The notes below the pieces were generated by a model. That model was given only the letters and a program-made list of their open reading frames with translations, ran no database searches and had not been told where the DNA came from. A DNA stretch of 64,000 nucleotides from Actinomycetota bacterium (GTDB lineage Bacteria > Actinomycetota > Actinomycetes > S36-B12 > UBA10799). Location: the NCBI GenBank assembly GCA_020636995.1, contig JACJWU010000003.1:153108-217107 (forward strand). The letters run 5' to 3'. The first letter of the stretch is position 1. Every line of letters begins with the position of its first letter. The translations under genes and the position numbers were made by a program. Positions 9,756 through 19,342 of the stretch are shown one piece after another.

Positions 9756-11555
9756 GTGTGCGGCATCGTCGGACGGGTCGACTTCGACGGTACAGATCTG
9801 TCCCAACTCGATCTGTCTGCCGCTCTGACGTCGTTGCGCGCTCGAGGACCCGATGCACAGGGCACGTGGCGCCGACAGTGGGCGGCGCTGGGTCACACAC
9901 GGTTGGCCATCGTCGATCTTGACGAACGCTCCAACCAGCCCTTCATCAGCGCCGACGGCAACTACGTCCTGACGTACAACGGCGAGATCTACAACCATCC
10001 GGAACTACGCCGCCAACTCCAGCAGCATTGGCGGTTCTCGACGTCCGGGGACACCGAAGTTGTACTCGCGGCACTGGTCACATGGGGGACTGAAGCATTC
10101 TCTCGGTTCAACGGCATGTGGGCCCTGGCGTTGGTGGACGTGGCGCGACGACGACTCCTCTTGGCTCGGGATCGCTTTGGCGTCAAACCCCTGTACGTCG
10201 CGGCGGAGACTTCTGGTGGGTTCGTCTTCGGGTCGACCGTCACGGCCCTCCAGACCCTGATGGACACCCCGCTGCGCCCAGACATGCAACACCTGAGCCG
10301 TTACCTCGTCACCGCAGCCTCCCACCTCGATTCGTCCACGTTCTACGAGGGCGTACGGGAACTCAATCCGGGAACTTGGCTGCAGGTGAGTACGGAAGGT
10401 CGTCGGGAGGGCCGCTACTGGAATCTACCCCTCCCGCAAGCGGGACGACGGATCGACACGGATCGTCTGGAGTGGTTGCTGAGGGACAGCGTCCACGTTC
10501 GTCTGCGATCGGACGTCCCGGTGGGAGTCACGCTGTCAGGTGGGCTCGACTCATCTCTCATTGCGACGCTGATGAGCGAAGACGAGGGTGCCTCCATGGC
10601 ATTCACCGCATCCGGTGGCGGATCGAACTCCGAAAGTGAGGAGGCGGCCACGTACGCCGGGCTGTTGGGCATGCCCTGGGTCGGGGTGGACCTCCCCACC
10701 CGTCTCGGACCGGAATTCCTGGCTGCCCGCATCTCCGAACTTGACGGACCGAACGCCAGCCCAGCAGCCAACGCAGTCTGGTACATCATGCGAACTGCCG
10801 CCGCCGCGGGCAGGCGGGTTGTGCTGGAGGGCCAGGGCGCGGACGAGATCTTCGGCGGGTACTCCTCGATCGTCGGGCCCTTCTGGCTCAAGGACCGACT
10901 CATGCACCGCGACCTGACCGGAGCACGGCGGGCCTGGCTGGGTCTGACCTGGGATCTGGGCACCCGTCAGGCACTGCAGCATTCGATCAGGCGTCTTGTC
11001 CCCGGAGCACACGACATGTACGGCAGGCGCCGAGGAAACGCCGCGTGCCTGACGGGAGAGTTGGACGTCCGGGTCGAACCTCTCACGCGTCCGGGGATGA
11101 CGGCCGCGGAGGTTCTGCACGCCTGCGTCAATGATGTCCTGCGCAGTCTGCTGCACTATGGGGATCGCATGTCCATGGCTCACTCGGTAGAGACCCGGCA
11201 ACCCTTTCTCGATTACCGGATCGTCGAGGAGGTCAGCAGCAGCGACATGGCGCAGCGATTCGCCGAAGGTAGAGGCAAAGACTCGTTGCGCGCGGTCGGT
11301 GGGAGGGTGCTGCGCTCGCAGAAACCAGCTCGTGCGCCGAAGCGGGGGTTCCCCGTCCCCACGCTGCGCTGGATCCAGGACCCTGAGTGCCAGGACCTGC
11401 TGGCGCGGGGGCACCTCGTCGAACGCGGGCTGCTGGATGCACGGCAAGTCCGCGAGTTGCTCGACTCGGCCGCGACAGGCAAGGCACCGATGCGCACACA
11501 GAGCGCATACCGACTCCTGACCGCGGAACTATGGTGGCGCGACCAGGGCTGGTGA
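9756..11555 (+). CDS. Asparagine synthase (glutamine-hydrolysing)-type amidotransferase
   Basis: Starts MCGIVG (N-terminal nucleophile Cys) and has an SGGLDSS PP-loop. Its glycan-cluster context resembles the WbpS-type uronamide-forming enzymes. Confidence 0.85.
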   Translation: MCGIVGRVDFDGTDLSQLDLSAALTSLRARGPDAQGTWRRQWAALGHTRLAIVDLDERSNQPFISADGNYVLTYNGEIYNHPELRRQLQQHWRFSTSGDTEVVLAALVTWGTEAFSRFNGMWALALVDVARRRLLLARDRFGVKPLYVAAETSGGFVFGSTVTALQTLMDTPLRPDMQHLSRYLVTAASHLDSSTFYEGVRELNPGTWLQVSTEGRREGRYWNLPLPQAGRRIDTDRLEWLLRDSVHVRLRSDVPVGVTLSGGLDSSLIATLMSEDEGASMAFTASGGGSNSESEEAATYAGLLGMPWVGVDLPTRLGPEFLAARISELDGPNASPAANAVWYIMRTAAAAGRRVVLEGQGADEIFGGYSSIVGPFWLKDRLMHRDLTGARRAWLGLTWDLGTRQALQHSIRRLVPGAHDMYGRRRGNAACLTGELDVRVEPLTRPGMTAAEVLHACVNDVLRSLLHYGDRMSMAHSVETRQPFLDYRIVEEVSSSDMAQRFAEGRGKDSLRAVGGRVLRSQKPARAPKRGFPVPTLRWIQDPECQDLLARGHLVERGLLDARQVRELLDSAATGKAPMRTQSAYRLLTAELWWRDQGW

Positions 11556-12677
11556 TCACAAGACAGCGGAATACAACGACTTCAGGTCTTTCACCCATCG
11601 CTCCTCGGTGAAGTTGCGCTCATAGCAGTCACGGGCCGCCGTACGCAGATCGCTGCCGCCCTGACGGCAGAACGCGAGCGCAGAGCGCAACGACGGGGCT
11701 CCACCGTCATAGACCGCCCCGACGCCGAAGCGCTCCACAAGGGCGGCGGAGACCGTGGCCTCCCTGGCGACGATCGGGGTACCCGCTCGCAAGGCCTCGA
11801 TCACCACGGTCGGATGGACTTCCATTGCGAGACTGGGGAACACCAGCCCCTCCGCGCCCGCGAGGGCCTTTGCTACGTCGGCCCGGTCGCCGGCATACCA
11901 CCGGATGCCATCAGGGGCGATCGCCTGCATCTGTGCGGCCAACGGTCCCGCACCCCAGACGGCGAGCGGCTCCGTGTCCGGCCAGATATTCAGCAGCGCC
12001 GCCAGACCCTTCTCAGGGGTGAGCCGTCCTGCAAACATCCATCCGTTCCGGGGGGACGAGGCGTCGGCGGTGATATCCGGGATGCCGGTGGGGATGACGT
12101 GGCTCTTGCCCCCATCCATGCCAGCCTCCACGTAGATCTCCCGCTGACTCTGCGACAGGAACACCACCGCTTCGGCACGCTGCAGGACAGGGTTGCGACG
12201 CGCTCCGCCGGCTGAGGCGACAGCCAGAGGAATAGTGGCCATCCGGCTGTCGCGGTAACAGCCGTGCCTGACCGCATTCAACGTTCCATGGCTGACGCAA
12301 TCGGTGCAGAAATGCCCGTCGCGCAGCAGAAGGCCATTGGCGCACAACGGCCGATAGTTGTGGACGGTAGCTACGATCGGGCCCTGCCACTGCCCCAGCC
12401 ATCGCGTACCCATCGACGGGAACAGGTTGTGGACATGCACCAGGTCAGGTCGGAGACGCCGCAGTTCCGCAGTGGGATCGCCCCCCCGGCCGGTGGCGGT
12501 GATCATTGCCACCCTGACCGGATCCCAGGGATGCCGTACCTCCCGGTCCGACCATCGTCCGACAAGCGCCACCTCCACCTCGGCCTGACTCAGAGCTTCG
12601 ATCTGCGCCGTCACCGCAAGGTTCTCGCCGCTGGGCTGACCGCTGCGGTAGAAGGAATGCACAATGGCGACCTTCAC
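11556..12677 (-). CDS. GT4 glycosyltransferase
   Basis: Begins VKVAIVHSFY. The GTG at 12677 overlaps the upstream stop as GTGA. The 5' part of the 552-aa track ORF is non-coding shadow. Confidence 0.8.
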   Translation of the reverse strand: MKVAIVHSFYRSGQPSGENLAVTAQIEALSQAEVEVALVGRWSDREVRHPWDPVRVAMITATGRGGDPTAELRRLRPDLVHVHNLFPSMGTRWLGQWQGPIVATVHNYRPLCANGLLLRDGHFCTDCVSHGTLNAVRHGCYRDSRMATIPLAVASAGGARRNPVLQRAEAVVFLSQSQREIYVEAGMDGGKSHVIPTGIPDITADASSPRNGWMFAGRLTPEKGLAALLNIWPDTEPLAVWGAGPLAAQMQAIAPDGIRWYAGDRADVAKALAGAEGLVFPSLAMEVHPTVVIEALRAGTPIVAREATVSAALVERFGVGAVYDGGAPSLRSALAFCRQGGSDLRTAARDCYERNFTEERWVKDLKSLYSAVL

Positions 12678-13906
12678 GGGACGTCTGCGTCCCCCCGCGC
12701 GGAAAGCCCGGCCCCGAGGAAGACCCAGGCCCATGACGGCCATGCGTAGAAGAAGCCGAAGGCCGCAGTTGCGATGAGGCAGATCGGCAGAACGGGCGGC
12801 ACGAGCCAGCGATACGCCGTCGCACGCAGGAACAACACAACGAAGACGCCGAGTCCCAGCAGCCCGAGCATCGACAGCAGATCGACCAGCATGCTGTGCG
12901 AGCTGATGGTCGGGTTCATCACACTGCTCCCTGGACCCCAGACCGGGGTGGGTCCCCACATACCCCCGGTGAGCCACTCCATGAGGCTGCGCGATTGCGT
13001 CAGTCGCGACTCCCACATGTCCAAACGCCAACTGAAAGTACCCACCGACTCGAAGGAATCCGGCAGCGACGGTCCCGCCTGCGCCGATGGGCCGCTGGGC
13101 AGGATGGACCAGGGTGTGAGCACTGGCATCACCGCGGAAAGAACGAAGAAGGCCGCCACCGCAAGGAATCCCGTCATCTGCCGGAACGACACCCCCCGGC
13201 ACTTGCCGTCCCACATCAAGAGCACGAGGGCCACCAGCAGCGCGATCCAGACGCTGCGGTGCTGAGCCAGCACCACAGTGGCGCCGAGCACGACAACCAC
13301 GGCCGTGCGGACGCGCGACGACAAGCGGCCCTCCCCGGCAGCAAGGACCAGGCCGAGCACCATCATCAAGGCGGCGGGGGCGCCCACCGGCCGGTCGCCG
13401 TAGAACTCGGCGGGGCCATTGAGTTGCGCAGGAGGGCTATGCCAGAACAACAGGCCCGTGAGGCACACGCCGGCGATGACGAGGGCGTAGCCGATAATGA
13501 TGGGCCCCCACAGCCACCAGCAGGCCCGGTAGAAGGTCAGACCGAGGAGCAAGAACGCCAGGGCGAGCAACCACTGCGACCAGTAGTTGATGGCTATTCG
13601 GGAACCGTCCTGCGCGGACCAGAAGGCGAAGCCGACGACCACCTGCACGAGGAACGCGCCTATGAGCCACTTGGTCGTGGTCGTCCAGCGGCGCCATGGA
13701 AGCGCGGAGACGACCACCGCCATCACGACGTAGAAGGTCATCAGCTCGCGGGTGCGCGAGACATAGGTGCTCGCAAACCCGAACGTGTCGAAAGTCGTGA
13801 TCAGAAGCGCCCACACGAACACTGCGGTGGCGATGGTCGCAAGTACGGGCCGGTCATCCCATCCTGAGGTCTCCCGGCTCTGCACAGGCGCCGCGAAGGC
13901 CGTCAT
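12674..13906 (-). CDS. O-antigen polymerase/ligase-family membrane protein (Wzy-like)
   Basis: About 10 hydrophobic segments plus a larger loop. The position in the cluster fits a polymerase. ATG at 13906. Confidence 0.65.
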   Translation of the reverse strand: MTAFAAPVQSRETSGWDDRPVLATIATAVFVWALLITTFDTFGFASTYVSRTRELMTFYVVMAVVVSALPWRRWTTTTKWLIGAFLVQVVVGFAFWSAQDGSRIAINYWSQWLLALAFLLLGLTFYRACWWLWGPIIIGYALVIAGVCLTGLLFWHSPPAQLNGPAEFYGDRPVGAPAALMMVLGLVLAAGEGRLSSRVRTAVVVVLGATVVLAQHRSVWIALLVALVLLMWDGKCRGVSFRQMTGFLAVAAFFVLSAVMPVLTPWSILPSGPSAQAGPSLPDSFESVGTFSWRLDMWESRLTQSRSLMEWLTGGMWGPTPVWGPGSSVMNPTISSHSMLVDLLSMLGLLGLGVFVVLFLRATAYRWLVPPVLPICLIATAAFGFFYAWPSWAWVFLGAGLSARGDADVP

Positions 13907-14040
13907 CCAGCCATCCCCGGCCCGCTCATCACCGCACTGACGGGGGACTGACCATCCATGGCACCCAATGTAGCCACCGTCGCCGACCGGGTCGGTGCGT
14001 CCCGCGGCGTTTTCCGGACACGCACCCATCGGAGGAGTCC

Positions 14041-15360
14041 ATGATGAGATCCATGTCCGTGGCGGAAGTGCTGGAAGCACCAGAACGTCCTTCGCGTCTT
14101 CTGGCGACACTCGCCCTCGTCGTTCCGGCGATGGCAGCGCTCGTCATCGGCTTGACGCATCTCACGCTGCGGCCGTTGTGGACCGACGAGTTGATCACTA
14201 TCAGCCGCGTTGAGAATGGTTTCGGGAGGCTGATCTCGGACACCTGGGACCTGCCACTGCTGCCCTACTATGCGACCGTCTACATCTGGACCCTCGGTGG
14301 GCAGTTCACGTCCGACGCCTGGCTGAGGGGACTCAGCCTGGCGATGACTGTGGCAGCGGTGACTACCTGCGCGGCAGCGATCAGGCGTCTCTACGGGCCG
14401 TGGACGGCGCTCGTCGGCGGCTCTCTGCTGGCAATCGCCCCATCGGTGGCCTACTACGCGCAAGAGGGCCGGGCCTATGCCGTCGGGCTGTTCCTCGTCT
14501 GTCTGTCCACCTTCGCGTTGGTCAGGATGGTCCTGGTCCAACCGCAGCGCTCCATCTGGCTGTACAGCCTCAGCGTGGGCGCATCAGCAGTTCTGATGCA
14601 GTCGGCCCTGATGGTCCTGGTCATCCACCCCGTGGTGTTGCTGGCATTGCCCGGTCCTGTCAAAGCACGGCTGATCCGATGGGGTAGGGCGGTCGCATTG
14701 GCCCTGCCCCTGGTCGTGCTGGCCGCCGTGCTGCTGACCTTGCACGGTTCATCGGTACATGGGTGGCTCGCAGGACCCGACCCGGGTGACCTACTGAAGG
14801 TCCCCGCATTGATCACGCGGTGGGGACCATACGGGCTGATCCTGATCAGCGTGGCTCTTCTGACCCGTCAAGGGCTGGCATGGCTGGCGGGCGGTGCCGC
14901 CGCCGTAGCGGCCATCTGGCTGCTGAGTGTCATGGGCACGAGCTTCTGGTTGGAGGGCACCCTCACCCTGCTCATGCCGATCCTCGCCATGGCTTGCGCC
15001 GCGTCGCTGAGTGGGTTGCGTAGCAGCACGATGCTCGTATGGCTGTGCTTCATCGCGGTGGTGACCCTGCCACAGACCTACGGGGTCGTTTCCCGGATTG
15101 AACCGACTCGCTACAGCCGCGCCGTCGTAGACACGGTGGTCGATTCCGATGCCCGACAGGTGCTTGTCACAGAACCGGGGTTGACCTTTGGGGTCGCTGC
15201 CGCGTTCAGGCATTACGCACCGGACGTCGAGGTCCAGATCGTCGAACCGGCACAGTCGATGCCGAACCGGCCCTACTGGATCATCGGATCCAACCAGTCC
15301 TGTGCAGCGGGTCTACCGACTCAGTTGACGCCCACACTCACAATGACGCTGTGCCCTTGA
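14041..15360 (+). CDS. GT-C-fold membrane glycosyltransferase (ArnT/PMT_2-like)
   Basis: Polytopic protein with an RPLWTDE motif in the first extracytoplasmic loop, as in GT39/GT83-type enzymes. Confidence 0.55.
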   Translation: MMRSMSVAEVLEAPERPSRLLATLALVVPAMAALVIGLTHLTLRPLWTDELITISRVENGFGRLISDTWDLPLLPYYATVYIWTLGGQFTSDAWLRGLSLAMTVAAVTTCAAAIRRLYGPWTALVGGSLLAIAPSVAYYAQEGRAYAVGLFLVCLSTFALVRMVLVQPQRSIWLYSLSVGASAVLMQSALMVLVIHPVVLLALPGPVKARLIRWGRAVALALPLVVLAAVLLTLHGSSVHGWLAGPDPGDLLKVPALITRWGPYGLILISVALLTRQGLAWLAGGAAAVAAIWLLSVMGTSFWLEGTLTLLMPILAMACAASLSGLRSSTMLVWLCFIAVVTLPQTYGVVSRIEPTRYSRAVVDTVVDSDARQVLVTEPGLTFGVAAAFRHYAPDVEVQIVEPAQSMPNRPYWIIGSNQSCAAGLPTQLTPTLTMTLCP

Positions 15361-15382
15361 CGCCCCGAGCGGTCCAGCCCCG

Positions 15383-16273
15383 ATGAATAGACTCGGGCAC
15401 GTGGATCTCAACGGGACTCTCATAGGGCGGTTGCATCAAACTCGCTTGAGTCATCTCGTCAAAACGACGGCAGTGACGTCGGAACTCGCTAGCCGGTGGT
15501 GGGATCGCCAGCAGGCCGTCCGGTTCGCTGCTGCCATCGACCGCCTCGCCGCGCCCCTCTCAGCGGAGGAGAGCGCCATCAACGGGCCCGCGCAGGTGCC
15601 TTCGCGGCAGGAGGTCATGGAGAAGATGCCGCCGCTGATCCTCGCCGGAGAGACGTTCAGCGACGAGATGGGCCGTTGGTGCCGCACGTCGAAGTTCGCA
15701 TCAGTCACCCAGGATCCCGGTTCCTGCGGCTACCAGGACATCTACGCTCGACTACTCGACCACATGCGGCAGGGCAGGCCCCGGATCCTCGAGATCGGCA
15801 TCGGAATCAATGATCCTTCCGCCCGCAGCGGAATGGAGACCGCGCATAGCCCAGGTGCGTCCTTGGTGGGGTGGAGTGAGTACTTCCCCGAGTCAGAGGT
15901 GCACGGCGCCGACGTCGATGAGCGCTGTCTGGTGAACACCGACCGATACACAACGCACAAGGTCGACCAACGGGATCCGGACTCGTTGGCACGGCTGGCA
16001 GCGCTGCTGGGCCCCCCCGTCGACTTGATAGTGGACGACGGTCTACACACCCCGGAGGCGAACGGGAACACGATCGCGGCTCTGCTGCCGCTGATCAGCC
16101 CCGCCGGCGTCATGGTCATCGAAGACATCCAGCCGCGCTTCGATGCCCTGTGGGAGGAGTTCGTGGAGGGCCTGCGCACCGAATACGCGGGCGTCTACTA
16201 CCCGTCCAGGATTCTGCGCCAGTACCGCGACCCGGGATCGGCCGGAGGGATGGCAGTCATCACCCGCCGATGA
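15383..16273 (+). CDS. Class I SAM-dependent methyltransferase
   Basis: ILEIGIGIN (motif I) and DLIVDDGLHTPE (CmcI/TylF-like). Confidence 0.65.
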   Translation: MNRLGHVDLNGTLIGRLHQTRLSHLVKTTAVTSELASRWWDRQQAVRFAAAIDRLAAPLSAEESAINGPAQVPSRQEVMEKMPPLILAGETFSDEMGRWCRTSKFASVTQDPGSCGYQDIYARLLDHMRQGRPRILEIGIGINDPSARSGMETAHSPGASLVGWSEYFPESEVHGADVDERCLVNTDRYTTHKVDQRDPDSLARLAALLGPPVDLIVDDGLHTPEANGNTIAALLPLISPAGVMVIEDIQPRFDALWEEFVEGLRTEYAGVYYPSRILRQYRDPGSAGGMAVITRR

Positions 16274-16282
16274 GCACGGGAC

Positions 16283-17692
16283 TCAGTAAGCTCCCCGGCC
16301 ACCCACGACGGCACTGACCGTGCTCGCCAAGATCACGAAGTCCATCGACAGCGACCAGTTCTCGACGTAGTACAGGTCGAGCCGCACCGACTCCTCCCAC
16401 GACAGGTCCGAGCGCCCGCGCACCTGCCACAGCCCTGTCATCCCGGGCCGCGCACGCAGTCGGCGGACGGCCAGGTCGTCGTACCGCTCGACGTCGTCGC
16501 GCGGGTGCGGTCGCGGACCGACCAACGACATGTCGCCGCGCCACACGTTGATCAACTGTGGCAACTCATCCAGGGAGAACCGCCGCAGGAACCGGCCGAT
16601 CCGCGTGATCCGCGGGTCGTCGGCCATCTTGAAGGTGGCGCCGTCGTCGCCGTGGGCGGCGCGCAGTTCGTCCCGGCGGGCATCGGCGTCCACGTACATG
16701 GTCCGGAACTTCCAGCACAGGAACGTTCGGCCGTCCAGGCCCACCCGCTCCTGCTTGAACAAGGCGGGACCGGGGGAGCCGCGCCGGATCACGAAGGCGA
16801 TGAGCAGCATCGGCAAGCCCAGCAGGATCAGGAGGATGCTGGACCCGACCACATCCGTGACCGCCTTGAGCACCACCGCCGTTCCGCTGAACTTGGGCAT
16901 GTCCACGCGCACGAACGACATGGACTCCACAGGCTCCACCGACAGCCGCGGGCCGGCCACCTCCACTAACGACGCGCTCACCATCAGCGACAGGTCGGTG
17001 TCCTCCATCGCCCAGCCCAGCGTGCGCGTGGCCTGTGGATCGATCTCGCCACCGGGGGCGAAGAGGACGGTATCGGCCTTGCTCGCCACCGCCGAGTCGA
17101 CTGCGGAACGTGGGCTCCACCCATCATCGAGCGCCAGGACACCCACCGTGACGAACCGGCCTTGGGAGCCAGCCAACTCGTCCTGTAACTTCGCCAGAGG
17201 GGATGGCGGGGCGATCAGGAATACCCTGTGCAGCGGCTTGCCTTCAGCCATCCGGCGGTGCAACCACCGCCGCATGAGGTTGCGCTCGAGCAGCAACAGG
17301 AGCAAGCCCGTGATCAGCACACCGAAGAGGAACCACCGACCGTATGTGGTGTTCGTCAGGTACGCCAGGCTCATCACGATCAGCCCGGTCCACATCGTCG
17401 CCACGATCACTCGTCGGTACTCCCCCAGCCCGTTCGCGATGATCGTGGCCTTCGTCGATTGTGCCTGCCACAGGGCCACCGGCCACACGACCAACAGTGC
17501 CGCCGAGAAGACTTGACGCGGCCGGTCATCGCTGAAGAATTGGCCCCCATAGCCCCAGCCGAGAAGTAGTCCGGTGACGATCGCGAGAAGGATCACAGCC
17601 ACGTCGAGCGCCCGCACCCGCAACTGGTAGTCACGGAGAAACTCGTTGCGCGTCGAGACCCGCGGCTGCCGGGTGCTGAGCCGCTGCGTCAC
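16283..17692 (-). CDS. Polyprenyl-phosphate glycosyl-1-phosphate transferase (WbaP/CpsE-type priming enzyme)
   Basis: The C-terminal bacterial sugar-transferase domain has [28 protein letters not shown] and [12 protein letters not shown] overlap with the upstream gene at 17692. Confidence 0.9.
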   Translation of the reverse strand: MTQRLSTRQPRVSTRNEFLRDYQLRVRALDVAVILLAIVTGLLLGWGYGGQFFSDDRPRQVFSAALLVVWPVALWQAQSTKATIIANGLGEYRRVIVATMWTGLIVMSLAYLTNTTYGRWFLFGVLITGLLLLLLERNLMRRWLHRRMAEGKPLHRVFLIAPPSPLAKLQDELAGSQGRFVTVGVLALDDGWSPRSAVDSAVASKADTVLFAPGGEIDPQATRTLGWAMEDTDLSLMVSASLVEVAGPRLSVEPVESMSFVRVDMPKFSGTAVVLKAVTDVVGSSILLILLGLPMLLIAFVIRRGSPGPALFKQERVGLDGRTFLCWKFRTMYVDADARRDELRAAHGDDGATFKMADDPRITRIGRFLRRFSLDELPQLINVWRGDMSLVGPRPHPRDDVERYDDLAVRRLRARPGMTGLWQVRGRSDLSWEESVRLDLYYVENWSLSMDFVILASTVSAVVGGRGAY

Positions 17693-18663
17693 GGGGAACC
17701 TGCCATGTTGTTGCCGTACTGCTTCTGGAACCAGTTGACCGTCTGTTCGAGGCCCTTGTCCAGGGGCACCTGAGCCGACCACCCCAGCAGGCGACCAGCC
17801 AGCGTCGCGTCGGGCATGCGCTGCATGGGGTCGTCGGTCGGCAGGGGTTCATGCACGATCGACGCGTCTACCCCGACGATCTCGGCGACCTTTGCCGCGA
17901 GCTGCTGCATCGTGACCTCCTCGGGGTTTCCGAGGTTGACCGGACCGCTGACGTCAGGCGGCGTGTTCATCATCGCCAGCAGTCCGTCCACCAGGTCATC
18001 GACGTAGCAGAAGGACCGGGTCTGTTGCCCGGATCCATACATCGTCAAGGGTTCGCCGGCGAGAGCCTGCATGATGAAGTTGCTCACCACCCGTCCGTCA
18101 TCGGGCGCCATCCGCGGACCGTAGGTGTTGAAGATCCGCACGATCTTGGTGTCCATCCCGTGCTGCCGGCGGTAGTCCATGAACAGCGTCTCGGCGCAGC
18201 GCTTGCCCTCGTCGTAGCAGGAGCGCGGGCCGATCGGGTTCACGTTGCCCCAGTAGTCCTCACTCTGGGGGTGGATCGTCGGGTCCCCGTACACCTCGGA
18301 GGTAGAGGCCAAGAGAATGCGGGCCTTCGTGCGCTTGGCCAGGCCGAGCATGTTGATCGATCCGTGCACGCTCGTCTTCGTGGTCTGGACGGGGTCGCGC
18401 TGGTAGTGGATGGGCGATGCCGGGCAGGCGAGGTGGTAGATCTCGTCGACCTCCACGTACAGCGGGAACGTGACGTCGTGGCGCATGAGCTCGAAACGCG
18501 GGTGCGCGATCAGGTGCTCGACGTTCACCCGCGACGACGAGTAGAAGTTGTCGACGCACAGCACCTCGTGCCCCTGACCCAGCAGTCGCTCGCACAGGTG
18601 GGATCCGATAAACCCGGCACCACCGGTCACGAGGACGCGGCGCGGCACAGAGGGGGCACTCAC
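17689..18663 (-). CDS. UDP-glucuronate decarboxylase (UDP-xylose synthase)
   Basis: [18 protein letters not shown] and VDNFYSS, followed by [18 protein letters not shown], which is typical of UXS. Confidence 0.88.
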   Translation of the reverse strand: MSAPSVPRRVLVTGGAGFIGSHLCERLLGQGHEVLCVDNFYSSSRVNVEHLIAHPRFELMRHDVTFPLYVEVDEIYHLACPASPIHYQRDPVQTTKTSVHGSINMLGLAKRTKARILLASTSEVYGDPTIHPQSEDYWGNVNPIGPRSCYDEGKRCAETLFMDYRRQHGMDTKIVRIFNTYGPRMAPDDGRVVSNFIMQALAGEPLTMYGSGQQTRSFCYVDDLVDGLLAMMNTPPDVSGPVNLGNPEEVTMQQLAAKVAEIVGVDASIVHEPLPTDDPMQRMPDATLAGRLLGWSAQVPLDKGLEQTVNWFQKQYGNNMAGSP

Positions 18664-18695
18664 GTCGTGAGACTACACCGGATCTCGGAATGACC

Positions 18696-19283
18696 TCAGC
18701 CCTCCGCGCGCGCCTCCATCCCCGCCAGGAGCGCGTCCAGCATCGCCTCGAACGCGGCATCGGGATCCTCGGCGAAACCGATCCCTAGCAGTTCCAGGCT
18801 CACGGCGCCGTGCAAGGCCGACCAGATCTGCTGGGCGACATCGACGTCGGAACCGGCACCGAGGGGCCGCAGGCTGCGGGCGGCGGCCACGTTGCCCACG
18901 AGCTGATCGAACGATGCAAACGCCTCGAGCATCCCGCGTTCGGTCGGCTCGATCTCATGCATGCGCTCGAACATCAGCCGGTAATGCTCGGGATGCGCGA
19001 TCGCGAACTCGCGGTACTTCACGCAACCGGCGCGCAGACGCGCCACAGCATCCGGGCCGTTGGCGGAGGCGACCATCGCCTGCAACTGCTGGAACCCCCT
19101 GATGAACAACGCTTCGAGCAGGCCCTGCTTGCCCTCGAACCGGTTGTAGACGCCCATCGGCGCGACGCCTGCGCAGGTGGCCACCTTGCGCACCGTGATG
19201 GCCTCCGGTCCCTCTTCGGTGAGGATCTGCTCGGCAGCGCGCAGCAGACCCTCCTCCACATCCCGACTTGGCGTTCGTCCCAT
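18696..19283 (-). CDS. TetR-family transcriptional regulator
   Basis: N-terminal HTH ITVRKVATCAGVAPMGVYNRF. Divergent from an MFS pump gene. Confidence 0.9.
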   Translation of the reverse strand: MGRTPSRDVEEGLLRAAEQILTEEGPEAITVRKVATCAGVAPMGVYNRFEGKQGLLEALFIRGFQQLQAMVASANGPDAVARLRAGCVKYREFAIAHPEHYRLMFERMHEIEPTERGMLEAFASFDQLVGNVAAARSLRPLGAGSDVDVAQQIWSALHGAVSLELLGIGFAEDPDAAFEAMLDALLAGMEARAEG

Positions 19284-19294
19284 GTGTGTAGTAT

Positions 19295-19324
19295 AACGTT
19301 CTACATATCTAGAACGTTGTTCTA
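19295..19324. promoter_or_regulatory. Candidate TetR operator
   Basis: AACGTTCTA-N6-TAGAACGTT is a perfect 9-bp inverted repeat, overlapping a second palindrome TAGAAC-GTT-GTTCTA. It sits in the AT-richer 59-nt gap between the TetR and MFS start codons. Confidence 0.6.
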
Positions 19325-19342
19325 TAGAAAGGAAAGCCGCGC

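Noticed and set aside
9756-11555. The asparagine-synthase homologue as a lasso-peptide cyclase (a hidden RiPP cluster).
   Set aside because: The protein keeps the N-terminal Cys glutamine-amidotransferase nucleophile (MCGIVG). It is surrounded only by glycan genes, with no precursor peptide, B-protease or ABC exporter nearby.
11556-13214. A 552-aa ORF extending the GT4 gene upstream.
   Set aside because: The extension overlaps the Wzy-like gene in another frame. A GTG at 12677 forms a GTGA overlap with that gene's stop and gives a normal-length glycosyltransferase.
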